From the human T2T-CHM13v2.0 reference genome, Homo sapiens, in NCBI RefSeq assembly GCF_009914755.1, contig NC_060943.1: a stretch of DNA of 64,000 nt; one strand, given 5' to 3'. A model generated the notes under the pieces. The model saw nothing but the letters and a program-made list of their open reading frames with translations, was not told where the DNA came from and ran no database searches. A program made the translations under genes and the position numbers. This document shows positions 11,001 to 26,000 of the stretch, piece after piece. Position 1 is the first letter of the stretch. The number at the start of each line of letters is the position of its first letter.

Positions 11001-14000
11001 ATAATTGGAACGCTTTGATGCCCATGGTAGAAAAGGAAATATCCTCATATAAAAACTAGACAGAAGGATTCACAGAAAATGCTTTGTGATGTGTGCATTC
11101 AAATCACGGAGTTGAATCTTTCTTTTGTCAGAGCAGTTTTGAAACACTGTTTCTGTGGAATCTGCCAGCGGACACTTGGAGCGCTTTGAGGGCTATGGTG
11201 GAGAAGGAAATATCTTCCCATAAAAACTAGAAAGAAGCATTCTCAGAAACATTTATGTGAAGCGTGCATTCAACTCACAGAGTTGAACCTTCCTTTGGAT
11301 ACAACAGTTTTGAAACACTCTTTTGAACAATTGCAGGTGAATCTTTGGAGCGCTTTGAAGCCTTTGTTGGAAATGGGAATATCTTCACACACAAACTAGC
11401 CAGAAGCATTCTCAGAAACTTCTTTGTGATGTGTGCGTTGAACCCAGAGAGATGAACCTTTCCTTGGATAGAGCAGTTTTGAAACGTGTTTTTGTAAGAT
11501 CTGCAAGCGGATAATTGGCTTCGCTTTGTGTCCTTTGGTGGAAACGGGAATATCTTCTAATAAAAACTAGACAGAAATATTCTCAGAATCTCCTTTGTGA
11601 TGTGGGCATTCAACTAACACAGTTGAACATTTCTTTTCACAGAGCAGTTTTGAAACACTCTTTTGGTAGAATCTGCCAGTGGATATTTGGAGCGCTTTGA
11701 GGGCTGTTGTGCCAATGGAAATATCTGCCCCTAAAATCTAGACAGAAGCATTCTCAGAAACTACTTCGTGATGTTTGCATTCAACTCACAGAGTTGAACA
11801 TACCTCTTCACAGAGCAGTTTTGAAAACCTCTTTTTGTAGAATCTGCAAGTGGATATTCGGAGCACTTTGAGGCCTTCATAGGAAACAGTAATATCTTCG
11901 CATAAAAACTAGATAGAAGCATTGTCAGGAAGTTCTTTGTGATGTGTGAATTCAACTCACAGAGTTGAAACTTCCTTTAATAGAGCAGTGTTGAAACACT
12001 CTTTTTCTAGAATCTGCAAGTAGATATTTGGAGCGCTTGGAGGCCTTCGTTGGAAACCGGAATATCTTCACAGGAAATGTAGATAGAGGCATTCTCAGAA
12101 ACTTTTTTGTGATATGTAGATTCAACTCACAGCGTTGAACCTTTCTTTGGATGGAGCAGTTTTGAAAAACTCTTTTATCGAATCTGCAGGTAGACATTTG
12201 GGGTGCTTTGAGGGCTGTGGTGCAAAAGGAAATGTCTTCCCATAGAAACTAGACTGAAGCATTCTCAGCAACTTCTTGGTGACGTTTGCATTCATCTCAC
12301 AGTGTTGAACATACCTTTCCATAGAGTAGTTTTGAAACACTGTTTGTGTAGAATCGGCAAGTGGATATTTGGACTGCTTTGAGGCCTTCATCGGAAACGG
12401 GAATATCTTCACATAAACACTAGAGAGAAGCATTCTCAGAAACTTCTTTGTGATCTGTCCATTCAACTCACAGAGTTGAACCTTCCTTTTTATGGAGCAG
12501 TTTTGAATCACTGTTTTTGGAGAATCTGCAAGTGGATATTTGGAGCGCTTTGAGGCCTATGGTAGAAAAAGAAATATCTGCCTCTAAAAACCAGACAGAA
12601 GCATTCCGAGAAACTTCTCTGTGATGTTTGCATTCAACTAGCAGAGTTGAACCTTCCTTTTGATAGGGCAGTTTGGAAACACTCTTTTTGTAGAATCTGC
12701 ATGTGGATATCTGGAGCGGTTTGAGGCCTACGGTCAAAAAGGAAATATCTTCCTGGGAAAAATAGACGAAAGCATTCTCAGAAAGTGCTTTGTGATATGT
12801 GCATTCGACTCACCGAGTTGAAATTTTTTTTTGATAGAGCAGTTTTGAAACACTCTGTAGAATCTGAAAGTGGATATTTGGAGCTCTTTGAGGGCTATGG
12901 CGGCAAAGAAACTATATTCACATTAAAGTAGACAGCAGCATTCTCAGAAACCTCTTTAGGATGTTTGCAGTAAACTCACAGAGTTGAACATACCTTTCCG
13001 TAGAGCAGTTTTGAAACACTCTGTTTGTGGGATCCGCAAGGGGATATTTGGACCGCTTTGAGACCTTTGCTGGAAATGGGAATATCTTCACATATAAACT
13101 AGACAGAAGCATTCTCAGAAACTTCTTCGTGATGTGTGCATTCTACTCCCAAATTTGAATCTTCCTTTTCATGAAGCAGTTTTGAAACACTCTGTTTGTG
13201 CAATCCACAATTGGATAATTGGAACGCTTTGATGCCCATGGTAGAAAAGGAAATATCCTCATATAAAAACTAGACAGAAGGATTCACAGAAAATGCTTTG
13301 TGATGTGTGCATTCAAATCACGGAGTTGAATCTTTCTTTTGTCAGAGCAGTTTTGAAACACTGTTTCTGTGGAATCTGCCAGCGGACACTTGGAGCGCTT
13401 TGAGGGCTATGGTGGAGAAGGAAATATCTTCCCATAAAAACTAGAAAGAAGCATTCTCAGAAACATTTATGTGAAGCGTGCATTCAACTCACAGAGTTGA
13501 ACCTTCCTTTGGATACAACAGTTTTGAAACACTCTTTTGAACAATTGCAGGTGAATCTTTGGAGCGCTTTGAAGCCTTTGTTGGAAATGGGAATATCTTC
13601 ACACACAAACTAGCCAGAAGCATTCTCAGAAACTTCTTTGTGATGTGTGCGTTGAACCCAGAGAGATGAACCTTTCCTTGGATAGAGCAGTTTTGAAACG
13701 TGTTTTTGTAAGATCTGCAAGCGGATAATTGGCTTCGCTTTGTGTCCTTTGGTGGAAACGGGAATATCTTCTAATAAAAACTAGACGGAAATATTCTCAG
13801 AATCTCCTTTGTGATGTGGGCATTCAACTAACACAGTTGAACATTTCTTTTCACAGAGCAGTTTTGAAACACTCTTTTGGTAGAATCTGCCAGTGGATAT
13901 TTGGAGCGCTTTGAGGGCTGTTGTGCCAATGGAAATATCTGCCCCTAAAATCTAGACAGAAGCATTCTCAGAAACTACTTCGTGATGTTTGCATTCAACT

Positions 14001-17000
14001 CACAGAGTTGAACATACCTCTTCACAGAGCAGTTTTGAAAACCTCTTTTTGTAGAATCTGCAAGTGGATATTCGGAGCACTTTGAGGCCTTCATAGGAAA
14101 CAGTAATATCTTCGCATAAAAACTAGATAGAAGCATTGTCAGGAAGTTCTTTGTGATGTGTGAATTCAACTCACAGAGTTGAAACTTCCTTTAATAGAGC
14201 AGTGTTGAAACACTCTTTTTCTAGAATCTGCAAGTAGATATTTGGAGCGCTTGGAGGCCTTCGTTGGAAACCGGAATATCTTCACAGGAAATGTAGATAG
14301 AGGCATTCTCCGAAACTTTTTTGTGATATGTAGATTCAACTCACAGCGTTGAACCTTTCTTTGGATGGAGCAGTTTTGAAAAACTCTTTTATCGAATCTG
14401 CAGGTAGACATTTGGGGTGCTTTGAGGGCTGTGGTGCAAAAGGAAATGTCTTCCCATAGAAACTAGACTGAAGCATTCTCAGCAACTTCTTGGTGACGTT
14501 TGCATTCATCTCACAGTGTTGAACATACCTTTCCATAGAGTAGTTTTGAAACACTGTTTTTGTAGAATCGGTAAGTGGATATTTGGACTGCTTTGAGGCC
14601 TTCATCGGAAACGGGAATATCTTCACATAAACACTAGAGAGAAGCATTCTCAGAAACTTCTTTGTGATCTGTCCATTCAACTCACAGAGTTGAACCTTCC
14701 TTTTTATGGAGCAGTTTTGAATCACTGTTTTTGGAGAATCTGCAAGTGGATATTTGGAGCGCTTTGAGGCCTATGGTAGAAAAAGAAATATCTGCCTCTA
14801 AAAACCAGACAGAAGCATTCCGAGAAACTTCTCTGTGATGTTTGCATTCAAGTAGCAGAGTTGAACCTTCCTTTTGATAGGGTAGTTTGGAAACACTCTT
14901 TTTGTAGAATCTGCATGTGGATATCTGGAGCGGTTTGAGGCCTACGGTCAAAAAGGAAATATCTTCCTGGGAAAAATAGACGAAAGCATTCTCAGAAACT
15001 GCTTTGTGATATGTGCATTCGACTGACCGAGTTGAAACTTTTTTTTGATAGAGCAGTTTTGAAACACTCTGTAGAATCTGAAAGTGGATATTTGGAGCTC
15101 TTTGAGGGCTATGGCGGAAAAGAAACTATATTCACATTAAAGTAGACAGCAGCATTCTCAGAAACTTCTTTAGGATGTTTGCAGTAAACTCACAGAGTTG
15201 AACATACCTTTCCGTAGAGCAGTTTTGAAACACTCTGTTTGTGGGATCCGCAAGGGGATATTTGGACCGCTTTGAGACCTTTGCTGGAAATGGGAATATC
15301 TTCACATATAAACTAGACAGAAGCATTCTCAGAAACTTCTTCGTGATGTGTGCATTCTACTCCCAAATTTGAATCTTCCTTTTCATGAAGCAGTTTTGAA
15401 ACACTCTGTTTGTGCAATCCACAATTGGATAATTGGAACGCTTTGATGCCCATGGTAGAAAAGGAAATATCCTCATATAAAAACTAGACAGAAGGATTCA
15501 CAGAAAATGCTTTGTGATGTGTGCATTCAAATCACGGAGTTGAATCTTTCTTTTGTCAGAGCAGTTTTGAAACACTGTTTCTGTGGAATCTGCCAGCGGA
15601 CACTTGGAGCGCTTTGAGGGCTATGGTGGAGAAGGAAATATCTTCCCATAAAAACTAGAAAGAAGCATTCTCAGAAACATTTATGTGAAGCGTGCATTCA
15701 ACTCACAGAGTTGAACCTTCCTTTGGATACAACAGTTTTGAAACACTCTTTTGAACAATTGCAGGTGAATCTTTGGAGCGCTTTGAAGCCTTTGTTGGAA
15801 ATGGGAATATCTTCACACACAAACTAGCCAGAAGCATTCTCAGAAACTTCTTTGTGATGTGTGCGTTGAACCCAGAGAGATGAACCTTTCCTTGGATAGA
15901 GCAGTTTTGAAACGTGTTTTTGTAAGATCTGCAAGCGGATAATTGGCTTCGCTTTGTGTCCTTTGGTGGAAACGGGAATATCTTCTAATAAAAACTAGAC
16001 GGAAATATTCTCAGAATCTCCTTTGTGATGTGGGCATTCAACTAACACAGTTGAACATTTCTTTTCACAGAGCAGTTTTGAAACACTCTTTTGGTAGAAT
16101 CTGCCAGTGGATATTTGGAGCGCTTTGAGGGCTGTTGTGCCAATGGAAATATCTGCCCCTAAAATCTAGACAGAAGCATTCTCAGAAACTACTTCGTGAT
16201 GTTTGCATTCAACTCACAGAGTTGAACATACCTCTTCACAGAGCAGTTTTGAAAACCTCTTTTTGTAAAATCTGCAAGTGGATATTCGGAGCACTTTGAG
16301 GCCTTCATAGGAAACAGTAATATCTTCGCATAAAAACTAGATAGAAGCATTGTCAGGAAGTTCTTTGTGATGTGTGAATTAAACTCACAGAGTTGAAACT
16401 TCCTTTAATAGAGCAGTGTTGAAACACACTTTTTCTAGAATCTGCAAGTAGATATTTGGGGCGCTTGGAGGCCTTCGTTGTAAACCGGAATATCTTCACA
16501 GGAAATGTAGATAGAGGCATTCTCCGAAACTTTTTTGTGATATGTAGATTCAACTCACAGCGTTGAACCTTTCTTTGGATGGAGCAGTTTTGAAAAACTC
16601 TTTTATCGAATCTGCAGGTAGACATTTGGGGTGCTTTGAGGGCTGTGGTGCAAAAGGAAATGTCTTCCCATAGAAACTAGACTGAAGCATTCTCAACAAC
16701 TTCTTTGTGACGTTTGCATTCATCTCACAGTGTTGAACATACCTTTCCATAGAGTAGTTTTGAAACACTGTTTGTGTAGAATCGGCAAGTGGATATTTGG
16801 ACTGCTTTGAGGCCTTCATCGGAAACGGGAATTTCTTCACATAAACACTAGAGAGAAGCATTCTCAGAAACTTCTTTGTGATCTGTCCATTCAACTCACA
16901 GAGTTGAACCTTCCTTTTTATGGAGCAGTTTTGAATCACTGTTTTTGGAGAATCTGCAAGTGGATATTTGGAGCGCTTTGAGGCCTATGGTAGAAAAAGA

Positions 17001-20000
17001 AATATCTGCCTCTAAAAACCAGACAGAAGCATTCCGAGAAACTTCTCTGTGATGTTTGCATTCAACTAGCAGAGTTGAACCTTCCTTTTGATAGGGCAGT
17101 TTGGAAACACTCTTTTTGTAGAATCTGCATGTGGATATCTGGAGCGGTTTGAGGCCTACGGTCAAAAAGGAAATATCTTCCTGGGAAAAATAGACGAAAG
17201 CATTCTCAGAAAGTGCTTTGTGATATGTGCATTCGACTCACCGAGTTGAAATTTTTTTTTGATAGAGCAGTTTTGAAACACTCTGTAGAATCTGAAAGTG
17301 GATATTTGGAGCTCTTTGAGGGCTATGGCGGCAAAGAAACTATATTCACATTAAAGTAGACAGCAGCATTCTCAGAAACTTCTTTAGGATGTTTGCAGTA
17401 AACTCACAGAGTTGAACATACCTTTCCGTAGAGCAGTTTTGAAACACTCTGTTTGTGGGATCCGCAAGGGGATATTTGGACCGCTTTGAGACCTTTGCTG
17501 GAAATGGGAATATCTTCACATATAAACTAGACAGAAGCATTCTCAGAAACTTCTTCGTGATGTGTGCATTCTACTCCCAAATTTGAATCTTCCTTTTCAT
17601 GAAGCAGTTTTGAAACACTCTGTTTGTGCAATCCACAATTGGATAATTGGAACGCTTTGATGCCCATGGTAGAAAAGGAAATATCCTCATATAAAAACTA
17701 GACAGAAGGATTCACAGAAAATGCTTTGTGATGTGTGCATTCAAATCACGGAGTTGAATCTTTCTTTTGTCAGAGCAGTTTTGAAACACTGTTTCTGTGG
17801 AATCTGCCAGCGGACACTTGGAGCGCTTTGAGGGCTATGGTGGAGAAGGAAATATCTTCCCATAAAAACTAGAAAGAAGCATTCTCAGAAACATTTATGT
17901 GAAGCGTGCATTCAACTCACAGAGTTGAACCTTCCTTTGGATACAACAGTTTTGAAACACTCTTTTGAACAATTGCAGGTGAATCTTTGGAGCGCTTTGA
18001 AGCCTTTGTTGGAAATGGGAATATCTTCACACACAAACTAGCCAGAAGCATTCTCAGAAACTTCTTTGTGATGTGTGCGTTGAACCCAGAGAGATGAACC
18101 TTTCCTTGGATAGAGCAGTTTTGAAACGTGTTTTTGTAAGATCTGCAAGCGGATAATTGGCTTCGCTTTGTGTCCTTTGGTGGAAACGGGAATATCTTCT
18201 AATAAAAACTAGACAGAAATATTCTCAGAATCTCCTTTGTGATGTGGGCATTCAACTAACACAGTTGAACATTTCTTTTCACAGAGCAGTTTTGAAACAC
18301 TCTTTTGGTAGAATCTGCCAGTGGATATTTGGAGCGCTTTGAGGGCTGTTGTGCCAATGGAAATATCTGCCCCTAAAATCTAGACAGAAGCATTCTCAGA
18401 AACTACTTCGTGATGTTTGCATTCAACTCACAGAGTTGAACATACCTCTTCACAGAGCAGTTTTGAAAACCTCTTTTTGTAGAATCTGCAAGTGGATATT
18501 CGGAGCACTTTGAGGCCTTCATAGGAAACAGTAATATCTTCGCATAAAAACTAGATAGAAGCATTGTCAGGAAGTTCTTTGTGATGTGTGAATTCAACTC
18601 ACAGAGTTGAAACTTCCTTTAATAGAGCAGTGTTGAAACACTCTTTTTCTAGAATCTGCAAGTAGATATTTGGAGCGCTTGGAGGCCTTCGTTGTAAACC
18701 GGAATATCTTCACAGGAAATGTAGATAGAGGCATTCTCAGAAACTTTTTTGTGATATGTAGATTCAACTCACAGCGTTGAACCTTTCTTTGGATGGAGCA
18801 GTTTTGAAAAACTCTTTTATCGAATCTGCAGGTAGACATTTGGGGTGCTTTGAGGGCTGTGGTGCAAAAGGAAATGTCTTCCCATAGAAACTAGACTGAA
18901 GCATTCTCAGCAACTTCTTGGTGACGTTTGCATTCATCTCACAGTGTTGAACATACCTTTCCATAGAGTAGTTTTGAAACACTGTTTTTGTAGAATCGGT
19001 AAGTGGATATTTGGACTGCTTTGAGGCCTTCATCGGAAACGGGAATATCTTCACATAAACACTAGAGAGAAGCATTCTCAGAAACTTCTTTGTGATCTGT
19101 CCATTCAACTCACAGAGTTGAACCTTCCTTTTTATGGAGCAGTTTTGAATCACTGTTTTTGGAGAATCTGCAAGTGGATATTTGGAGCGCTTTGAGGCCT
19201 ATGGTAGAAAAAGAAATATCTGCCTCTAAAAACCAGACAGAAGCATTCCGAGAAACTTCTCTGTGATGTTTGCATTCAAGTAGCAGAGTTGAACCTTCCT
19301 TTTGATAGGGTAGTTTGGAAACACTCTTTTTGTAGAATCTGCATGTGGATATCTGGAGCGGTTTGAGGCCTACGGTCAAAAAGGAAATATCTTCCTGGGA
19401 AAAATAGACGAAAGCATTCTCAGAAACTGCTTTGTGATATGTGCATTCGACTGACCGAGTTGAAACTTTTTTTTGATAGAGCAGTTTTGAAACACTCTGT
19501 AGAATCTGAAAGTGGATATTTGGAGCTCTTTGAGGGCTATGGCGGCAAAGAAACTATATTCACATTAAAGTAGACAGCAGCATTCTCAGAAACTTCTTTA
19601 GGATGTTTGCAGTAAACTCACAGAGTTGAACATACCTTTCCGTAGAGCAGTTTTGAAACACTCTGTTTGTGGGATCCGCAAGGGGATATTTGGACCGCTT
19701 TGAGACCTTTGCTGGAAATGGGAATATCTTCACATATAAACTAGACAGAAGCATTCTCAGAAACTTCTTCGTGATGTGTGCATTCTACTCCCAAATTTGA
19801 ATCTTCCTTTTCATGAAGCAGTTTTGAAACACTCTGTTTGTGCAATCCACAATTGGATAATTGGAACGCTTTGATGCCCATGGTAGAAAAGGAAATATCC
19901 TCATATAAAAACTAGACAGAAGGATTCACAGAAAATGCTTTGTGATGTGTGCATTCAAATCACGGAGTTGAATCTTTCTTTTGTCAGAGCAGTTTTGAAA

Positions 20001-23000
20001 CACTGTTTCTGTGGAATCTGCCAGCGGACACTTGGAGCGCTTTGAGGGCTATGGTGGAGAAGGAAATATCTTCCCATAAAAACTAGAAAGAAGCATTCTC
20101 AGAAACATTTATGTGAAGCGTGCATTCAACTCACAGAGTTGAACCTTCCTTTGGATACAACAGTTTTGAAACACTCTTTTGAACAATTGCAGGTGAATCT
20201 TTGGAGCGCTTTGAAGCCTTTGTTGGAAATGGGAATATCTTCACACACAAACTAGCCAGAAGCATTCTCAGAAACTTCTTTGTGATGTGTGCGTTGAACC
20301 CAGAGAGATGAACCTTTCCTTGGATAGAGCAGTTTTGAAACGTGTTTTTGTAAGATCTGCAAGCGGATAATTGGCTTCGCTTTGTGTCCTTTGGTGGAAA
20401 CGGGAATATCTTCTAATAAAAACTAGACAGAAATATTCTCAGAATCTCCTTTGTGATGTGGGCATTCAACTAACACAGTTGAACATTTCTTTTCACAGAG
20501 CAGTTTTGAAACACTCTTTTGGTAGAATCTGCCAGTGGATATTTGGAGCGCTTTGAGGGCTGTTGTGCCAATGGAAATATCTGCCCCTAAAATCTAGACA
20601 GAAGCATTCTCAGAAACTACTTCGTGATGTTTGCATTCAACTCACAGAGTTGAACATACCTCTTCACAGAGCAGTTTTGAAAACCTCTTTTTGTAGAATC
20701 TGCAAGTGGATATTCGGAGCACTTTGAGGCCTTCATAGGAAACAGTAATGTCTTCGCATAAAAACTAGATAGAAGGATTGTCAGGAAGTTCTTTGTGATG
20801 TGTGAATTCAACTCACAGAGTTGAAACTTCCTTTAATAGAGCAGTGTTGAAACACTCTTTTTCTAGAATCTGCAAGTAGATATTTGGAGCGCTTGGAGGC
20901 CTTCGTTGTAAACCGGAATATCTTCACAGGAAATGTAGATAGAGGCATTCTCAGAAACTTTTTTGTGATATGTAGATTCAACTCACAGCGTTGAACCTTT
21001 CTTTGGATGGAGCAGTTTTGAAAAACTCTTTTATCGAATCTGCAGGTAGACATTTGGGGTGCTTTGAGGGCTGTGGTGCAAAAGGAAATGTCTTCCCATA
21101 GAAACTAGACTGAAGCATTCTCAGCAACTTCTTGGTGACGTTTGCATTCATCTCACAGTGTTGAACATACCTTTCCATAGAGTAGTTTTGAAACACTGTT
21201 TTTGTAGAATCGGTAAGTGGATATTTGGACTGCTTTGAGGCCTTCATCGGAAACGGGAATATCTTCACATAAACACTAGAGAGAAGCATTCTCAGAAACT
21301 TCTTTGTGATCTGTCCATTCAACTCACAGAGTTGAACCTTCCTTTTTATGGAGCAGTTTTGAATCACTGTTTTTGGAGAATCTGCAAGTGGATATTTGGA
21401 GCGCTTTGAGGCCTATGGTAGAAAAAGAAATATCTGCCTCTAAAAACCAGACAGAAGCATTCCGAGAAACTTCTCTGTGATGTTTGCATTCAAGTAGCAG
21501 AGTTGAACCTTCCTTTTGATAGGGTAGTTTGGAAACACTCTTTTTGTAGAATCTGCATGTGGATATCTGGAGCGGTTTGAGGCCTACGGTCAAAAAGGAA
21601 ATATCTTCCTGGGAAAAATAGACGAAAGCATTCTCAGAAACTGCTTTGTGATATGTGCATTCGACTGACCGAGTTGAAACTTTTTTTTGATAGAGCAGTT
21701 TTGAAACACTCTGTAGAATCTGAAAGTGGATATTTGGAGCTCTTTGAGGGCTATGGCGGCAAAGAAACTATATTCACATTAAAGTAGACAGCAGCATTCT
21801 CAGAAACTTCTTTAGGATGTTTGCAGTAAACTCACAGAGTTGAACATACCTTTCCGTAGAGCAGTTTTGAAACACTCTGTTTGTGGGATCCGCAAGGGGA
21901 TATTTGGACCGCTTTGAGACCTTTGCTGGAAATGGGAATATCTTCACATATAAACTAGACAGAAGCATTCTCAGAAACTTCTTCATGATGTGTGCATTCT
22001 ACTCCCAAATTTGAATCTTCCTTTTCATGAAGCAGTTTTGAAACACTCTGTTTGTGCAATCCACAATTGGATAATTGGAACGCTTTGATGCCCATGGTAG
22101 AAAAGGAAATATCCTCATATAAAAACTAGACAGAAGGATTCACAGAAAATGCTTTGTGATGTGTGCATTCAAATCACGGAGTTGAATCTTTCTTTTGTCA
22201 GAGCAGTTTTGAAACACTGTTTCTGTGGAATCTGCCAGCGGACACTTGGAGCGCTTTGAGGGCTATGGTGGAGAAGGAAATATCTTCCCATAAAAACTAG
22301 AAAGAAGCATTCTCAGAAACATTTATGTGAAGCGTGCATTCAACTCACAGAGTTGAACCTTCCTTTGGATACAACAGTTTTGAAACACTCTTTTGAACAA
22401 TTGCAGGTGAATCTTTGGAGCGCTTTGAAGCCTTTGTTGGAAATGGGAATATCTTCACACACAAACTAGCCAGAAGCATTCTCAGAAACTTCTTTGTGAT
22501 GTGTGCGTTGAACCCAGAGAGATGAACCTTTCCTTGGATAGAGCAGTTTTGAAACGTGTTTTTGTAAGATCTGCAAGCGGATAATTGGCTTCGCTTTGTG
22601 TCCTTTGGTGGAAACGGGAATATCTTCTAATAAAAACTAGACAGAAATATTCTCAGAATCTCCTTTGTGATGTGGGCATTCAACTAACACAGTTGAACAT
22701 TTCTTTTCACAGAGCAGTTTTGAAACACTCTTTTGGTAGAATCTGCCAGTGGATATTTGGAGCGCTTTGAGGGCTGTTGTGCCAATGGAAATATCTGCCC
22801 CTAAAATCTAGACAGAAGCATTCTCAGAAACTACTTCGTGATGTTTGCATTCAACTCACAGAGTTGAACATACCTCTTCACAGAGCAGTTTTGAAAACCT
22901 CTTTTTGTAGAATCTGCAAGTGGATATTCGGAGCACTTTGAGGCCTTCATAGGAAACAGTAATATCTTCGCATAAAAACTAGATAGAAGCATTGTCAGGA

Positions 23001-26000
23001 AGTTCTTTGTGATGTGTGAATTAAACTCACAGAGTTGAAACTTCCTTTAATAGAGCAGTGTTGAAACACTCTTTTTCTAGAATCTGCAAGTAGATATTTG
23101 GGGCGCTTGGAGGCCTTCGTTGTAAACCGGAATATCTTCACAGGAAATGTAGATAGAGGCATTCTCAGAAACTTTTTTGTGATATGTAGATTCAACTCAC
23201 AGCGTTGAACCTTTCTTTGGATGGAGCAGTTTTGAAAAACTCTTTTATCGAATCTGCAGGTAGACATTTGGGGTGCTTTGAGGGCTGTGGTGCAAAAGGA
23301 AATGTCTTCCCATAGAAACTAGACTGAAGCATTCTCAGCAACTTCTTTGTGACGTTTGCATTCATCTCACAGTGTTGAACATACCTTTCCATAGAGTAGT
23401 TTTGAAACACTGTTTGTGTAGAATCGGCAAGTGGATATTTGGACTGCTTTGAGGCCTTCATCGGAAACGGGAATATCTTCACATAAACACTAGAGAGAAG
23501 CATTCTCAGAAACTTCTTTGTGATCTGTCCATTCAACTCACAGAGTTGAACCTTCCTTTTTATGGAGCAGTTTTGAATCACTGTTTTTGGAGAATCTGCA
23601 AGTGGATATTTGGAGCGCTTTGAGGCCTATGGTAGAAAAAGAAATATCTGCCTCTAAAAACCAGACAGAAGCATTCCGAGAAACTTCTCTGTGATGTTTG
23701 CATTCAACTAGCAGAGTTGAACCTTCCTTTTGATAGGGCAGTTTGGAAACACTCTTTTTGTAGAATCTGCATGTGGATATCTGGAGCGGTTTGAGGCCTA
23801 CGGTCAAAAAGGAAATATCTTCCTGGGAAAAATAGACGAAAGCATTCTCAGAAACTGCTTTGTGATATGTGCATTCGACTCACCGAGTTGAAATTTTTTT
23901 TTGATAGAGCAGTTTTGAAACACTCTGTAGAATCTGAAAGTGGATATTTGGAGCTCTTTGAGGGCTATGGCGGCAAAGAAACTATATTCACATTAAAGTA
24001 GACAGCAGCATTCTCAGAAACTTCTTTAGGATGTTTGCAGTAAACTCACAGAGTTGAACATACCTTTCCGTAGAGCAGTTTTGAAACACTCTGTTTGTGG
24101 GATCCGCAAGGGGATATTTGGACCGCTTTGAGACCTTTGCTGGAAATGGGAATATCTTCACATATAAACTAGACAGAAGCATTCTCAGAAACTTCTTCGT
24201 GATGTGTGCATTCTACTCCCAAATTTGAATCTTCCTTTTCATGAAGCAGTTTTGAAACACTCTGTTTGTGCAATCCACAATTGGATAATTGGAACGCTTT
24301 GATGCCCATGGTAGAAAAGGAAATATCCTCATATAAAAACTAGACAGAAGGATTCACAGAAAATGCTTTGTGATGTGTGCATTCAAATCACGGAGTTGAA
24401 TCTTTCTTTTGTCAGAGCAGTTTTGAAACACTGTTTCTGTGGAATCTGCCAGCGGACACTTGGAGCGCTTTGAGGGCTATGGTGGAGAAGGAAATATCTT
24501 CCCATAAAAACTAGAAAGAAGCATTCTCAGAAACATTTATGTGAAGCGTGCATTCAACTCACAGAGTTGAACCTTCCTTTGGATACAACAGTTTTGAAAC
24601 ACTCTTTTGAACAATTGCAGGTGAATCTTTGGAGCGCTTTGAAGCCTTTGTTGGAAATGGGAATATCTTCACACACAAACTAGCCAGAAGCATTCTCAGA
24701 AACTTCTTTGTGATGTGTGCGTTGAACCCAGAGAGATGAACCTTTCCTTGGATAGAGCAGTTTTGAAACGTGTTTTTGTAAGATCTGCAAGCGGATAATT
24801 GGCTTCGCTTTGTGTCCTTTGGTGGAAACGGGAATATCTTCTAATAAAAACTAGACAGAAATATTCTCAGAATCTCCTTTGTGATGTGGGCATTCAACTA
24901 ACACAGTTGAACATTTCTTTTCACAGAGCAGTTTTGAAACACTCTTTTGGTAGAATCTGCCAGTGGATATTTGGAGCGCTTTGAGGGCTGTTGTGCCAAT
25001 GGAAATATCTGCCCCTAAAATCTAGACAGAAGCATTCTCAGAAACTACTTCGTGATGTTTGCATTCAACTCACAGAGTTGAACATACCTCTTCACAGAGC
25101 AGTTTTGAAAACCTCTTTTTGTAGAATCTGCAAGTGGATATTCGGAGCACTTTGAGGCCTTCATAGGAAACAGTAATATCTTCGCATAAAAACTAGATAG
25201 AAGCATTGTCAGGAAGTTCTTTGTGATGTGTGAATTCAACTCACAGAGTTGAAACTTCCTTTAATAGAGCAGTGTTGAAACACTCTTTTTCTAGAATCTG
25301 CAAGTAGATATTTGGAGCGCTTGGAGGCCTTCGTTGTAAACCGGAATATCTTCACAGGAAATGTAGATAGAGGCATTCTCAGAAACTTTTTTGTGATATG
25401 TAGATTCAACTCACAGCGTTGAACCTTTCTTTGGATGGAGCAGTTTTGAAAAACTCTTTTATCGAATCTGCAGGTAGACATTTGGGGTGCTTTGAGGGCT
25501 GTGGTGCAAAAGGAAATGTCTTCCCATAGAAACTAGACTGAAGCATTCTCAGCAACTTCTTGGTGACGTTTGCATTCATCTCACAGTGTTGAACATACCT
25601 TTCCATAGAGTAGTTTTGAAACACTGTTTTTGTAGAATCGGTAAGTGGATATTTGGACTGCTTTGAGGCCTTCATCGGAAACGGGAATATCTTCACATAA
25701 ACACTAGAGAGAAGCATTCTCAGAAACTTCTTTGTGATCTGTCCATTCAACTCACAGAGTTGAACCTTCCTTTTTATGGAGCAGTTTTGAATCACTGTTT
25801 TTGGAGAATCTGCAAGTGGATATTTGGAGCGCTTTGAGGCCTATGGTAGAAAAAGAAATATCTGCCTCTAAAAACCAGACAGAAGCATTCCGAGAAACTT
25901 CTCTGTGATGTTTGCATTCAAGTAGCAGAGTTGAACCTTCCTTTTGATAGGGTAGTTTGGAAACACTCTTTTTGTAGAATCTGCATGTGGATATCTGGAG

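Noticed and set aside
12045-12061. cttcgttggaaaccgga as a functional CENP-B box
   Set aside because: The essential CGGG core reads CCGG, so it is listed only as degenerate.
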